Assembly (NCBI GenBank): GCA_963832165.1
Contig: CAWHTE010000011.1
Location: 128,001-192,000, forward strand
DNA from: an uncultured delta proteobacterium
GTDB lineage: Bacteria; Myxococcota_A; UBA9160; SMWR01
Length of the DNA: 64,000 nucleotides
Direction of reading: 5' to 3'
This document shows, piece by piece, positions 39,974 to 51,315 of this stretch (its first letter is position 1; the number at the start of each line of letters is the position of its first letter). The notes below the pieces were generated by a model that worked only from the letters and a program-made list of their open reading frames with translations, searched no databases and had not been told where the DNA came from. The position numbers and the translations under genes are program-made.

Positions 39974-41527
39974 CTAGCGAGCCGCGTCGGGCTTGCGATC
40001 GAGATAGACGCGCTGGAGGTAGCGCGCGATGTCGCTGTCGGGCCGGGCCATCAGGAACAGGAAACTGCGCGCGCTGAACGCGAGGATCACCGCGGGTTGC
40101 ATCCCGCGCGCGCGAGCGGCGTCGAACAGCGGGCCGTCGTGGCGATTGGCCCAGTGGGCATGGAACTCGTGCCCCTGCTCCGAGACGACAGCGACCAGGT
40201 CGGGGTTCTGATCGAGCACGTACGCGGGATCGTCGCGGCCCTCGATCGCGATCGCGGGGTCGTTCAGGCTGTAGGTGTCGATCACGCGCAGGCCCGAGTA
40301 GTACGGGATGGCTCCGGCGTCGCCGATCGCGAGCACGGGCGCGCGCGCGCTGGTGTGCCGATAGTCCGCGAGCACGTGGCCGAGGCGGAAGTAGGTGCTC
40401 GTGAGCGCCTGGCCGTAGGCGCGCCGCTCGCGCAGCGCGAGGTGGGCGGGCCCAGCCGAGCCCGCGGCCACGAGCGCGATCGCCGCGACCGTGAAGCCCG
40501 GCAAGAGCGCCCTCTGCGCGGGGCGCAGCGCGGCCACGAGCGATGCGAGCTGCGCAAAGCCCGCGCCTGCGATCGCGAACGCGATCGGCGCCGCCGGCGT
40601 GCAGTAGCGGAAGTCGAAGTCCATCACGGGGTCCGGCAGGAATCCGACTGCCACCACCGCCCCGATCGCGAGCCAGGCCGGCGCGACCGCGCGCGGTGCG
40701 AGCAGGGTCGCAACCGCCGCGAACAGCGCGCTGCTCGCGAGCAGCGCCTGGCCGAACGCGAGCGCGTTGCCGGCCGCGGGGAAGAGCGGACCCCCCGCGA
40801 TCTTCTCGTGAAACGGAATCGGGAGGAGATATCCGTAGTAGGCCGCGCGCGCGGCGAAGTAGGCGGCGCCGGGCAGCAGGTAGCTCAGTGCGATGCCCCG
40901 TGCGAGCGCCGTGCGGCGCGGCTCGTGCGCGTGCGCGAGCGTCCAGCCGAGCAGCAGCACCGCGGCGACGTTCAGCTCCGGGCGCACGAGGCCCACCGCG
41001 AGCGAGAGCCCGCCGATCGCGTAACCCGACGAGCCCGCCCGCACGTGGGTGTGCACGAGCGCCGTGAGCAGCGCGGCCGCGAGCAGGGTCTCCATGCCCG
41101 AGGCCGCGTGGATCGCGGTCGGGTAGAAGCCCAGGAACAGCGCCCCCGCGAACGCGCCCGCGAGCGCCGGTCCCTCCGCGAACAGCTCGCGCGCGAGGCG
41201 CGCCGCGAGCCACGCGGTCGCGAGCGCGCACGCGACGCCGAGTGCTTTCGCGAACGCGACGGCGTCGATCCCGAGCGCGTGCGGAACGACGCACAAGAGC
41301 AGGTATCCGAAGCTGGTCACGCCTTCGGCGCGCGGACCGCCCGCGTTGAAGTTCGGCCCGTTCCCCGCGACCCAGTTCTGCGCATAGCGGAACGTGATGA
41401 AGGCGTCGTCGGCGGTGAACGGCCAGACGTAGCGCAGCTGCCATGCGAACGCGGCGGCGCCCGCGATCCAGAGCAACACGATCGCGAGCTGCGGTGCGGG
41501 AGGTGCTCGACGCGCGGAGGTGCTAAT
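39974..41527 (-). CDS. Polytopic membrane protein, GT-C glycosyltransferase-like (start uncertain)
   Basis: DDAFITFRYAQN, SGMET, RPE, DAGAIPYYS, IDTYSLND. Confidence 0.75.
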   Translation of the reverse strand: MSTSARRAPPAPQLAIVLLWIAGAAAFAWQLRYVWPFTADDAFITFRYAQNWVAGNGPNFNAGGPRAEGVTSFGYLLLCVVPHALGIDAVAFAKALGVACALATAWLAARLARELFAEGPALAGAFAGALFLGFYPTAIHAASGMETLLAAALLTALVHTHVRAGSSGYAIGGLSLAVGLVRPELNVAAVLLLGWTLAHAHEPRRTALARGIALSYLLPGAAYFAARAAYYGYLLPIPFHEKIAGGPLFPAAGNALAFGQALLASSALFAAVATLLAPRAVAPAWLAIGAVVAVGFLPDPVMDFDFRYCTPAAPIAFAIAGAGFAQLASLVAALRPAQRALLPGFTVAAIALVAAGSAGPAHLALRERRAYGQALTSTYFRLGHVLADYRHTSARAPVLAIGDAGAIPYYSGLRVIDTYSLNDPAIAIEGRDDPAYVLDQNPDLVAVVSEQGHEFHAHWANRHDGPLFDAARARGMQPAVILAFSARSFLFLMARPDSDIARYLQRVYLDRKPDAAR

Positions 41528-42428
41528 GCGCGAGCGCCTCGCGCAGCGCGGGCTCGAGCTCGGGGTACGCGAAGCGGAAGCCGCGCTCCAGAGCGGCACG
41601 CGGGACCACCCGGCGGCTGCCGAGCAGCTGACCCGCGAACTCGCCGAGCCCGAGGCGCAGTGCGGCGGCCGGCACCGGGAGCAGCGTGGGGCGATGCAGC
41701 ATCTGCCCGAGCGTCTGCGTGAGCACGGCGTTCGTGACGATCCCGGGCGCGACCGCGTTCACGGCACCCGACCAGCTGGTATCGCCGAGCGCCGCCATGA
41801 CCATTCCGGCGGCGTCCTCGACGTGGATCCACGGGAACCACTGGCGGCCGTGTCCGAGTCGACCTCCGAAGCCGAGGCGGAACACGGGTTTCATCAGCGA
41901 CAGCGGACCGCCTTCACCCGCGAACACGACGCCAAAGCGCAGCGAGACGGTGCGCACCCCGTCGCCCCCCGCCGCGCACGCGGCGCGCTCCCATTCGACA
42001 CACAGCCTGGCGAAGAAGTCCTCGCCGGGCTTGGCCGACTCGTCGAGCTCGGCGTCGCCGCTGTCGCCGTAGTAGCCCACGGCCGATGCACAGACGAGAC
42101 ACTTGGGCCGCTCCTCGTCGGACAGTGCCGCGAGCGAGCGCTCGATCGATTCCGTGGAGTCGATGCGGCTCTTGCGGATCTCCTCGCGGCGCGCCGACGT
42201 GAGCCGGCCGAACACGGGCTCGCCCGCGAGATGCACGATCGAGTCGACTCCGCGCAGCGCCGCCGGAGCCAGCGAGTGCCCGTTCCAGACCTGGACCTCG
42301 AAGATCTTGGGATGGCGGACGCGCTCCGGGTTGCGCGTCACCACGCGCACCTTGTGCCCCTGGGCGTGTAGCGCGCTGACCACCCGGTGGCCGATCAGTC
42401 CCGTGGCGCCCGTTACGAGGACCTTCAT
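41523..42428 (-). CDS. TIGR01777 family NAD-dependent epimerase (YfcH-like)
   Basis: TGATGLIG, SRIDST, SAVGYYG, GRQWFPWIH, GFRFAYP. Confidence 0.92.
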   Translation of the reverse strand: MKVLVTGATGLIGHRVVSALHAQGHKVRVVTRNPERVRHPKIFEVQVWNGHSLAPAALRGVDSIVHLAGEPVFGRLTSARREEIRKSRIDSTESIERSLAALSDEERPKCLVCASAVGYYGDSGDAELDESAKPGEDFFARLCVEWERAACAAGGDGVRTVSLRFGVVFAGEGGPLSLMKPVFRLGFGGRLGHGRQWFPWIHVEDAAGMVMAALGDTSWSGAVNAVAPGIVTNAVLTQTLGQMLHRPTLLPVPAAALRLGLGEFAGQLLGSRRVVPRAALERGFRFAYPELEPALREALAH

Positions 42429-42437
42429 CGCGCCCCG

Positions 42438-43208
42438 CTACTGCGGCTGCATGCGCAGCGCGCCGTCGAGTCGGATCGTCTCTCCGTTGAGCATCGGGTT
42501 CTCGAGAATGTGACACGCGAGCGCCGCGTACTCCGAGGGCTCGCCGAGCCGCGACGGAAACGGGATCGATCGGCCGAGCGCCTCGAGCGCAGGCTCGGGG
42601 AGGCTCAAGAGCAGCGGCGTCTTGAACAGGCCCGGTGCGATCGTGCACACGCGGATCCCGTGGCGGGCGAGATCGCGCGCGATCGGCAGCGTCATGCCCA
42701 CCACGCCGCCCTTCGAAGCCGAGTAGGCGGCCTGGCCGATCTGTCCCTCGAACGCTGCGATCGACGCGGTGTTCGCGATCGCGCCGCGCTCGCCGTTCGC
42801 ATCGGGCTCGTTGCCGACCATGCGCGCGGCCGCGAGCCGGATCACGTTGAACGTGCCGATCAGATTCACCTCGATCGTGCGGCGGAACGCGTCGAGCCGA
42901 AAGGGCTCGGCATCCTTGCCGACGGTCCGAGACGCGCTGCCGACCCCGGCGCAATTCACGAGCCCGCGCAGCGGACCGAACGCCGCGATCGCGGCGTCGA
43001 GTGCGTCGGTTACCTGCCCCTCGTCGGTCACGTCACCCGCGAGGAAGCGCGTGGCCGGGCCGAGCTCCTTCTCGAGCTCGGCGCCCTTCGAGCGCGGCAG
43101 GTCGTAGATCGCGACGCGCGCGCCGCGCGCGACGAGCGCGCGCACGGTGGCTTCGCCGAGCCCAGAGGCGCCCCCGGTGACGAACACGTTCGATCCGGCG
43201 ATCTGCAT
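42438..43208 (-). CDS. 3-hydroxyacyl-CoA dehydrogenase type II (HSD17B10-like SDR)
   Basis: [45 protein letters not shown]. Confidence 0.93.
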   Translation of the reverse strand: MQIAGSNVFVTGGASGLGEATVRALVARGARVAIYDLPRSKGAELEKELGPATRFLAGDVTDEGQVTDALDAAIAAFGPLRGLVNCAGVGSASRTVGKDAEPFRLDAFRRTIEVNLIGTFNVIRLAAARMVGNEPDANGERGAIANTASIAAFEGQIGQAAYSASKGGVVGMTLPIARDLARHGIRVCTIAPGLFKTPLLLSLPEPALEALGRSIPFPSRLGEPSEYAALACHILENPMLNGETIRLDGALRMQPQ

Positions 43209-43262
43209 GCGTCGCTCCCGCGGATAGAGGCGTTACAGGGTACACGCCGATGCGGCACGGGT

Positions 43263-44060
43263 TCAATCGCCGTGAAGCACCGCGTCCAGACGCTCGGCGA
43301 GCGCGAGGCCCTCGGCGCCGAGCGGCGCCGCATCGAGCGCGACGAGCGCGCGCGCGCCGCGCACCGCATTGATCACGGCCACGCCGCGCGCCGCGAGCAG
43401 ATCGGCACGCGAGAGGTCACGCCGCTTCAGTGCGGGCAGCCGCTCGCTCACCACCTCGAGCGCGATCCCCGCGACCGCGCCGCGTTCGGCCGGCGGTGTG
43501 CAGAGCTCGCCATGGGCTGCGAGCGCGACGACGTTGGTCCGCGCGCCCTCCACGAGGTAGCCCGCGCGATCGAACAAGAGCGCCTCTTCGGCGCGCACTG
43601 CGCGCGCGGCGTCGGACGCGAGCGCCTGGAGCAGCCGATGGGTGAGCTTGGGGCCACCCGCGAGCGCTGCGCCCGGGTGTGGAAGTGGCGCGGTCACCGC
43701 GCGCCACTCGCGCGGATCCCCGTCGAGGCCGCGCGGCACACCCACCACGTGCAGCGCGCCCGTGCCATCGCGCGACAGCTGGAGGCGCACGACGCCTTCG
43801 CCACCCGGGAACGCGCTCTGGGCGAGCTCCTCGATCGCGCGCTGCAAGAGACGCGGGTCGGCTGTCGGCAGTCCGAGCGCGCGGGCATCGCGCAGCAGGC
43901 GCTCTACGTGGCGCGCCGCGAAACGCGGTGCGCCCGCGTGGATCCGCACACTCGTATAACAGCCGCGCCCCTCGCTGAACGCGGAGTCGTCCGCGCGCAC
44001 CACCGCGGCTTCCGCGGGGTGCAGCGTCCCGTCCACCCAGATCGCCGGCCGGGCCGGCAT
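43263..44060 (-). CDS. Aminotransferase class IV (PabC/IlvE-like)
   Basis: HVERL, PK (PLP Lys), EEALL, LVEGARTN, VAGI, NAVRG. Confidence 0.82.
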   Translation of the reverse strand: MPARPAIWVDGTLHPAEAAVVRADDSAFSEGRGCYTSVRIHAGAPRFAARHVERLLRDARALGLPTADPRLLQRAIEELAQSAFPGGEGVVRLQLSRDGTGALHVVGVPRGLDGDPREWRAVTAPLPHPGAALAGGPKLTHRLLQALASDAARAVRAEEALLFDRAGYLVEGARTNVVALAAHGELCTPPAERGAVAGIALEVVSERLPALKRRDLSRADLLAARGVAVINAVRGARALVALDAAPLGAEGLALAERLDAVLHGD

Positions 44061-44064
44061 CCCA

Positions 44065-45351
<1,287 letters not shown>

Positions 45352-45489
45352 TGGGGGTCCCCCTCTCTGCTGGGTAGGGATGTCGCGGGCAGCGCGGGCC
45401 AGTCTAGCCAAGTGTCCCTGAAGGGAGCACGTTCCGGCAGAGCGGGATCGCGGGTACCCTTCGGGGAAAGGGAGGCCCGGCAGCAGCGC

Positions 45490-46272
45490 GTGCGCGTCCA
45501 GCAGCTCTTCGATCTCTCGGGTCGCACCGCGCTCGTCACCGGAGGCGGCCGCGGCATCGGACGCCACATCGCGATCGGCCTCGCCGAGGCGGGCGCCGAC
45601 GTCATCGTCGCCTCGCGCAAGATCGACAACTGTCGGGCGACTGCCGCCGCGCTCGAGGCGCTCGGTCGGCGCGCCTGGGCGCTTCCGGTCGATCTCGCCG
45701 ACGAAGCGAGCATCGATGCGCTCGCGGATGCCGCTCTCGGCACGGTCGGTCGGCTCGACATCCTCGTCAACAACGCGGCCGTGATCTGGGGCGCGCCCAC
45801 GCTCGAGTATCCGATGAAGGGCTGGGACCGCACGTTCGCGGTCAACGTGCGCGGGCTCTGGCAGCTCTCGCAGCGCGTCGCGCGCCACATGGCCGAGCGA
45901 GGCGGCGGCGCGATCGTGCACGTGTCGTCGATCTCGGGTTTCCGCGGATCGGTCGAGGAGAAGGAGCCCGCGATCGCCTACAACTCGTCCAAGGGCGCCG
46001 TGAACACGCTGACCAAGGACATGGCCGTGAAGCTCGCGCGCCACAAGATCCGCGTGAACTCGATCGCGCCGGGTGCGTTCGACACCGCCATGATGGACTG
46101 GGTGCGCGGCGACGCCGAGAAGGAGGCGCGCTTCTTCGCGCAGATCCCGCTCGCGCGGCCGGGCGGCGAGGACGACGTGAAGGGGGCGGCGGTGTTCCTC
46201 GCCAGCGACGCGGCGGCCTACATCACGGGACACAACCTGATCGTCGACGGCGGGTGGTTGGTGCGCGGATAG
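45490..46272 (+). CDS. SDR family oxidoreductase
   Basis: TGGGRGIG, NNAA, YNSSK, ITGHNLIVDGG. Confidence 0.92.
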   Translation: MRVQQLFDLSGRTALVTGGGRGIGRHIAIGLAEAGADVIVASRKIDNCRATAAALEALGRRAWALPVDLADEASIDALADAALGTVGRLDILVNNAAVIWGAPTLEYPMKGWDRTFAVNVRGLWQLSQRVARHMAERGGGAIVHVSSISGFRGSVEEKEPAIAYNSSKGAVNTLTKDMAVKLARHKIRVNSIAPGAFDTAMMDWVRGDAEKEARFFAQIPLARPGGEDDVKGAAVFLASDAAAYITGHNLIVDGGWLVRG

Positions 46273-46287
46273 CCGATGTCCGCGAAA

Positions 46288-46320
46288 GGCGGGATCCGCC
46301 TTCGGCTTCTCCCGCCCTAC
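46288..46320 (-). repeat. GTAG-type REP (family A)
   Basis: Minus strand GTAGGGCGGGAGAAGCCGAAGGCGGATCCCGCC, identical to 60035-60067; between convergent genes. Confidence 0.9.
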
Positions 46321-46321
46321 G

Positions 46322-46678
46322 TCATCCACCTGCGCGCTTGACCGTGTATCCCTTCGCCTCGAGCTCCTTGATCACGGCATCGCGGTGGTCGCCCTGGATC
46401 TCGATCACCCCGTCCTTGACCGTGCCGCCGGTGCCGCAGCGCTTCTTCAGCTCGCCCGCGAGCTCGCGCAGCGCGTCGTCTTCGGCCGCAACGCCGTGGA
46501 TCGTCGTGACGGGCTTGCCGCGCCGGCCCGCAATCTCGCGCTTCACGCGCACGATGCCATCGCCGTCGCGCGGTACGCTGCGCGGATTCGCGCGGCACAC
46601 GCACTGCTTCAAGGGCCGCCCGCAGTGCGGACACGTGCGTCCGTGCTGGCTCGAGTAGACGATCCGGTCGCGGCTCAT
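46322..46678 (-). CDS. yciH: SUI1 family translation initiation factor
   Basis: GRRGKPVT, LKKRCGTGGTVKDGVIEIQGDHR; N-terminal CxxC. Confidence 0.9.
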   Translation of the reverse strand: MSRDRIVYSSQHGRTCPHCGRPLKQCVCRANPRSVPRDGDGIVRVKREIAGRRGKPVTTIHGVAAEDDALRELAGELKKRCGTGGTVKDGVIEIQGDHRDAVIKELEAKGYTVKRAGG

Positions 46679-47134
46679 GCCCGTCTCATGGACTTCGCTC
46701 GTCTTCGGCTCGCTGCGCGGACTTGCCAATCTTCGGTGCTCGGTCATCGCGCAGCGATCCTGGACCACCGCGATCCCGGCCGCCTCGAGCCGCGCCGCGC
46801 ACGCGTCGTGCCGGATGCCGAGCTGGAACCACACGCAGTCGGGGCGCCAGGGCAGGGCGAGGATCTCGTCGACGTGTCCGGGCAGATGCGCGGGCGCACG
46901 GAACACGTCGATCAGGTCGACGCGCTCCGGCAGCGCCGCGAGGTTCGGCAACGCGGGCGCGTCGCCCCACTGCGAGAGCTTCGGATTCACTGCGCGCACG
47001 TTGTAGCCGGCTCGCAGGAGGTACTGCGGCACGATCCAGGCGTCCTCGCCCCATTCCGCCTTCGCACCGAGCACGGCGATCGTGCGTGTGCGTTCGAACA
47101 CGCTGCGCAGCTCGGCGTCGTTCTCGAGCGGCAC
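46679..47134 (-). CDS. CoA-binding protein (YccU-like); no stop codon before yciH
   Basis: TIAVLG, VNP, VDLIDVFR, VWFQLGI, VVQDRC. Confidence 0.85.
46688..46726 (-). repeat. Hairpin element family B, diverged copy
   Basis: Minus strand GCAAGTCCGCGCAGCGAGCCGAAGACGAGCGAAGTCCAT. Confidence 0.85.
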
Positions 47135-47183
47135 GGACGGATCTCCTCGACACCCACAGAGGTGGCAGATACGTTACCGCGCC

Positions 47184-48545
47184 ATGCGCAACGCCCACGG
47201 GCTCGCCGCCTCCGTCGCCCTGGCGTGCGTGCTGTGGGGCGCTGCGGCGCCGGCCCTCGACGATCCGGCCGCGCGCGCGCGCATCACGCGGCTCGAGAAC
47301 GGGCTCGTCGTCGTCACGCTCGAGGACTCCTCCACGCCGGTCGTGGCGTTCCAGATGTGGGTGAAGGTCGGCTCGCGCGACGAGGCGGGCTACACGGGTC
47401 TCGCCCATCTCTTCGAGCACATGATGTTCAACGGGTCCAAGCATCTCGGGCCCGAGCAGCACGCCGAGCTGATCAGCGCGCGCGGGGGCCAGATCAACGC
47501 CTACACGAGCAACGACCAGACCGTCTACCACGAGGACGTCACGCGCGAGTCGCTTCCGCTCGTGATCGATCTCGAGTACGAGCGGCTCGCGCACCTCGAC
47601 ATCAGCGCGAAATCGCTGGATCGCGAGCGCCAGGTGGTGCTCGAAGAGCGGCGCCTGCGCAACGAGGACGATCCGATGGGGCGCGCCTACGAGACGCTGC
47701 TCGCGCTCTTGTGGCAGGCGCTCCCCTATCGCACGCCCGTGGTCGGCTGGCGCAGCGACATCGAGAAGGCGACGGTCGAGGTGTGCCGCCGATTCTTCGC
47801 GACCTACTACGCGCCCAACAACATCGTGGTGACGATCGCGGGCGACTTCGACGCCGACGATGCGCTCGCGCACATCGAGCGCACGCTCGGCAAGCTCGAG
47901 CCCGCCGAGTCGATCCCGCGCAATCCCACCGAGGAGCCCGAGCAGCGCGGCGAGCGGCGCGCGGTGGTGCACCTCGACCTGAACAGTCCGCTCCTGGGAG
48001 CCGCCTGGCATGCGCCCGCCACCGGAAGCGCGGACGGCGAGGCGCTCGACGTTTTGTCGATGATCCTCTCCGACGGACGCTCGAGCCGGCTCTACCGCAG
48101 CCTCGTCCACGAGGCGGAGATCGCGCTGTCGGCGCAGGGCTCCTACTGGGAGATGAACGACACCGGCGCGTTCGTCGCGTTTGCGAGCGTACGCCCGGGC
48201 GCGGACATCGCCGAGGTCGAGCGGCGCTTCTTCGCGGAGATCGCCCGCGTGCGGAGCGAGCCGGTCCGCGAGGCCGAGGTCGAGAAGGCGAAGCGTCAGC
48301 TCGAGGTCTCGCTCGTGAACGGGCTCGCCACGAGCCACGCGCTCGCGGGGCGGCTCGGACAGGACATCACCACGTTCGGGCGAATCCGCCCGCTCGACGA
48401 GCGGCTCGAGCGGATTCGCGCCGTCACCGTGGCCGACGTGCAGCGGGTCGCGCGCACCTATCTCGTGGACGATCAGCGCACGGTCGTGCACCTCGTGCCG
48501 CCGCCGCGCGAGCCCGCGAAGCCCAAGCGCAGGAGCGGCGCTTGA
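47184..48545 (+). CDS. M16 family zinc peptidase, catalytic subunit
   Basis: GLAHLFEHMMF, NAYTS, EERR, YAPNN; signal peptide. Confidence 0.93.
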   Translation: MRNAHGLAASVALACVLWGAAAPALDDPAARARITRLENGLVVVTLEDSSTPVVAFQMWVKVGSRDEAGYTGLAHLFEHMMFNGSKHLGPEQHAELISARGGQINAYTSNDQTVYHEDVTRESLPLVIDLEYERLAHLDISAKSLDRERQVVLEERRLRNEDDPMGRAYETLLALLWQALPYRTPVVGWRSDIEKATVEVCRRFFATYYAPNNIVVTIAGDFDADDALAHIERTLGKLEPAESIPRNPTEEPEQRGERRAVVHLDLNSPLLGAAWHAPATGSADGEALDVLSMILSDGRSSRLYRSLVHEAEIALSAQGSYWEMNDTGAFVAFASVRPGADIAEVERRFFAEIARVRSEPVREAEVEKAKRQLEVSLVNGLATSHALAGRLGQDITTFGRIRPLDERLERIRAVTVADVQRVARTYLVDDQRTVVHLVPPPREPAKPKRRSGA

Positions 48546-49972
48546 GACGCGCAATCCTGCGCACGGTGGCCGCGCTGGGGGCGACGGTCGGGCTCGGCTG
48601 CGCGCTGCCGGCGCCGAAGCCCGCGTGGGAGCTTCCCGCGCCGCCTGCGCCCGATCGGCCGATCGTGCGCGACGGCGCCCTCACGCGCGCGGCTCTGCCG
48701 AACGGCCTGCGCGTGCTCGTGCTCGAGGACCACCGGATCCCGCGCGTGTCGATCGGGCTCACGGTGCCGCGCGGCGCCGCGGTCGAGGTACCTGCGCAGG
48801 CCGGCGCGGTCTCGTTCATGGCCGAGCTGCTCGAGCGCGGCGCGGGCAAGCGCGACGCGCTCACCTACGCGGAGACGGTCGATGCGCTCGGTGCGAACTT
48901 CGCTGCGGGCGCCGACTGGGACACGGTCGAGCTCGGGATCGCGGGCTTGTCGAGCGATTTCGACTCGCTGCTGGGCCTGCTCGCCGACGCCGCGCTGCGC
49001 CCGCGCTTCGATGCGCGCGAGGTCGAGCGCGCGCGCTCCGCGCTGCTCGCGGCGCTCGAGCAGGCCAAGGACGATCCCGCGACGCTCGCGAGCTGGTACG
49101 CGAGCCGCGCCGTCTACGGCGGCCATCGCTTCGCGCTGCCGGTCGCAGGGACGCCCGAGACCGCGGCGCGGCTAGACGTCAAAGGCGCGCGCGCCTATCA
49201 CCAGAAGCTGTTCGTGCCCAACGGCGCGATCGTGAGCGTCACGGGCGACGTCGAGCCCGAGGCGGTGATCGCGGCGCTGCGCGCGCAGTTCAGCGCGTGG
49301 CAGCAGGGAGAGCTCCTGGATCCGGGACCGCCGCCGCCCGCGGAGGCGCCCGCACAGCGCAAGGTCGTCGTGGTCGACCGGCCCGACCTCGGCCAGGCGC
49401 GCATCGTCGTCGGGCACGAAGGCATCTCGCGCACCGACGAGGACCGGATCGCGGTCTCGGTCTTCAACCTGATCGTGGGCGGCTCCGGCTTCTCGTCGCG
49501 CTTGATGGCTGCACTGCGCGGAAACGAGGAGGGGCTCACCTACGGCGTGGGCTCTGCCTATGCGCTGCGCCGCGCGCGCGGTCCGTTCTACGCCTCGACC
49601 TTCACGCGCGTCGAGAAGGCGCGCACGGCGCTCGACCTCCTGCTCGCCGAGCTCGAGCGCGCGCGGAGCGATCCGCCCGGCGAGAAGGAGCTCAGCTGGG
49701 CGCGCACGCTCGCCACGGGTAGCTTCGCGATGGGGCTCGAGACCTCCGACGCCGTGACGGGCTCGCTGGTCGACCTCGACGTGTACGGGCTTCCCCAGGA
49801 CAGCCTCGACACCTACCGCGCTCGCGTACGTGCGCTCGGGCCCGAGGACATGGCCGCGGCGGCGCGGCTGCACCTGCACCCGGATCGGGCCGCGATCGTG
49901 TTAGTCGGCCCTGCCAAGGCGCTCATGCCGCAGCTCGAGGGGCTCGGCGACGTCGAGGTGGTGAAGCCCTGA
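48542..49972 (+). CDS. M16 family peptidase, non-catalytic subunit (lipoprotein)
   Basis: LPNGLRV, SSRL...LR...GLTYG; lacks HxxEH; TTGA overlap; lipobox GLGC. Confidence 0.88.
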   Translation: MRRAILRTVAALGATVGLGCALPAPKPAWELPAPPAPDRPIVRDGALTRAALPNGLRVLVLEDHRIPRVSIGLTVPRGAAVEVPAQAGAVSFMAELLERGAGKRDALTYAETVDALGANFAAGADWDTVELGIAGLSSDFDSLLGLLADAALRPRFDAREVERARSALLAALEQAKDDPATLASWYASRAVYGGHRFALPVAGTPETAARLDVKGARAYHQKLFVPNGAIVSVTGDVEPEAVIAALRAQFSAWQQGELLDPGPPPPAEAPAQRKVVVVDRPDLGQARIVVGHEGISRTDEDRIAVSVFNLIVGGSGFSSRLMAALRGNEEGLTYGVGSAYALRRARGPFYASTFTRVEKARTALDLLLAELERARSDPPGEKELSWARTLATGSFAMGLETSDAVTGSLVDLDVYGLPQDSLDTYRARVRALGPEDMAAAARLHLHPDRAAIVLVGPAKALMPQLEGLGDVEVVKP

Positions 49973-49999
49973 CGGTCGGGGCGCATGCCGCCCTTCGGG

Positions 50000-51163
50000 C
50001 TACTCCGCCCTGCCGCAATCGGGCGCCCGCGCGGCGAGCGTGATCGGCTCCGGCGACTCGAGCGGACGCGAACCCTCCGCGCCGAGCTCGCGCATGCGGC
50101 GCGTCTGCGGCAGCACGCGCATCTCGAGCGAGCCGAGCGCGCTGTTGTACGCCTCGATCGAGCGCCCGAGACTCGCGCCGATCTTGGCGAAGTGCTCGAC
50201 GAAGAGCGAGAGCCGCTCGTCGAGCACGCGCGCGTGGCGCAGCACCTCGCGCGTGTTCTCTTCGAGCCGCGCATCGCGCCAGCCGCGTGCCACCGCGCCG
50301 AGCAGCGCGTAGAGCGTCGCGGGTGTCGCGAGCACGACGCCCTTGGCGAGCGCGTGCTCGATCAGCCCGCGATCGCGCGCCGCCGCGGAGCCGAGGAAGC
50401 CCTCGTCGGGCAGGAACAGCACGACGAACGCGGGCGCGTTCTCGAGACTCGCGGAGTAGTCGCGGCCCGCCAGTGCGTCGACGTGCCGGCGCACCGCGCG
50501 CGCGTGCTCGTCGAGCGCAGCGTCGCGCTCCTCGTCGCGCGTCGCTTCGGACGCCTTCCAGTACCAGTCGAGCGGGGCCTTCGCATCCACCGCGAGCTCG
50601 CGCCCGCCCGGCAGCCGCACGAGCAGGTCGGGCCGCTGCGTCGCGCCCGCACTTCCGATCGTGACCTGCTCGGCGAAGTCGCAGTGCTCGGAGAGGCCCG
50701 CGAGTTCCGCGGTCCGGCGCAGCGTGAGCTCACCCCAGCGGCCGCGCGCGGCGCTGCCGCGCAGCGCGTTGTTCAGACGCGCGGTCTGCGCGGCGAGCTC
50801 GCGCAGCTCGCCGCCGAGCTCGCCGGCCGTCTTCGCGCGCGCGCGCTCGAGCTCGTGCGCCTCCCACTGGTAGCGATCGACCGCCTCGCGCAGCGGCCCG
50901 ACCGTCTCGTCGAGCGCCTTGCGGCGCGTGTCCCAGTCGGACTCGGAGGACTCCTCGAGGCGCTGGAAGCGCTCGCCCGCGAGCGCGAGGAAGCTCTCGG
51001 TGTTGTCGCGCAAGGCGTCGGCCGCGAGCGCCGCGAACGCCTCGCGCGTGCGGCCCGCCGCGGCGCGCGCCACCGCGCGGCCGAGCGCGAGGCCGACCGC
51101 GAGCGCCGCGCACGCCACGAGAACGAGCGTCTGCCACGGGCCTGACTGGATCCACTCCTGCAT
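50000..51163 (-). CDS. rmuC: DNA recombination protein RmuC
   Basis: RGRWGELTL, RPDLLVRLPG, VDAKAP, FVVLFLPDE, ATPATL. Confidence 0.93.
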   Translation of the reverse strand: MQEWIQSGPWQTLVLVACAALAVGLALGRAVARAAAGRTREAFAALAADALRDNTESFLALAGERFQRLEESSESDWDTRRKALDETVGPLREAVDRYQWEAHELERARAKTAGELGGELRELAAQTARLNNALRGSAARGRWGELTLRRTAELAGLSEHCDFAEQVTIGSAGATQRPDLLVRLPGGRELAVDAKAPLDWYWKASEATRDEERDAALDEHARAVRRHVDALAGRDYSASLENAPAFVVLFLPDEGFLGSAAARDRGLIEHALAKGVVLATPATLYALLGAVARGWRDARLEENTREVLRHARVLDERLSLFVEHFAKIGASLGRSIEAYNSALGSLEMRVLPQTRRMRELGAEGSRPLESPEPITLAARAPDCGRAE

Positions 51164-51315
51164 GGGACCTCCGGGGGGAATAGATGGGAGGTTCACTTTC
51201 GGGTGTGACAGATCCGGTCACGCCCGTCAGAATGGAGTCCGGCCCCAAGTGGTTAGAATGACTAATGAATTGGGGCGGACGGAGCGGGACATGAAGCCGA
51301 TGGGAACCGAATCTG

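Noticed and set aside
51201..51277. Inverted repeats between rmuC and the tannase-like gene as tRNA, ncRNA or CRP site
   Set aside because: No cloverleaf or T-loop; TGTGA/TCAC spacing is 9 rather than 6. It may be an operator but there is no support for a call.
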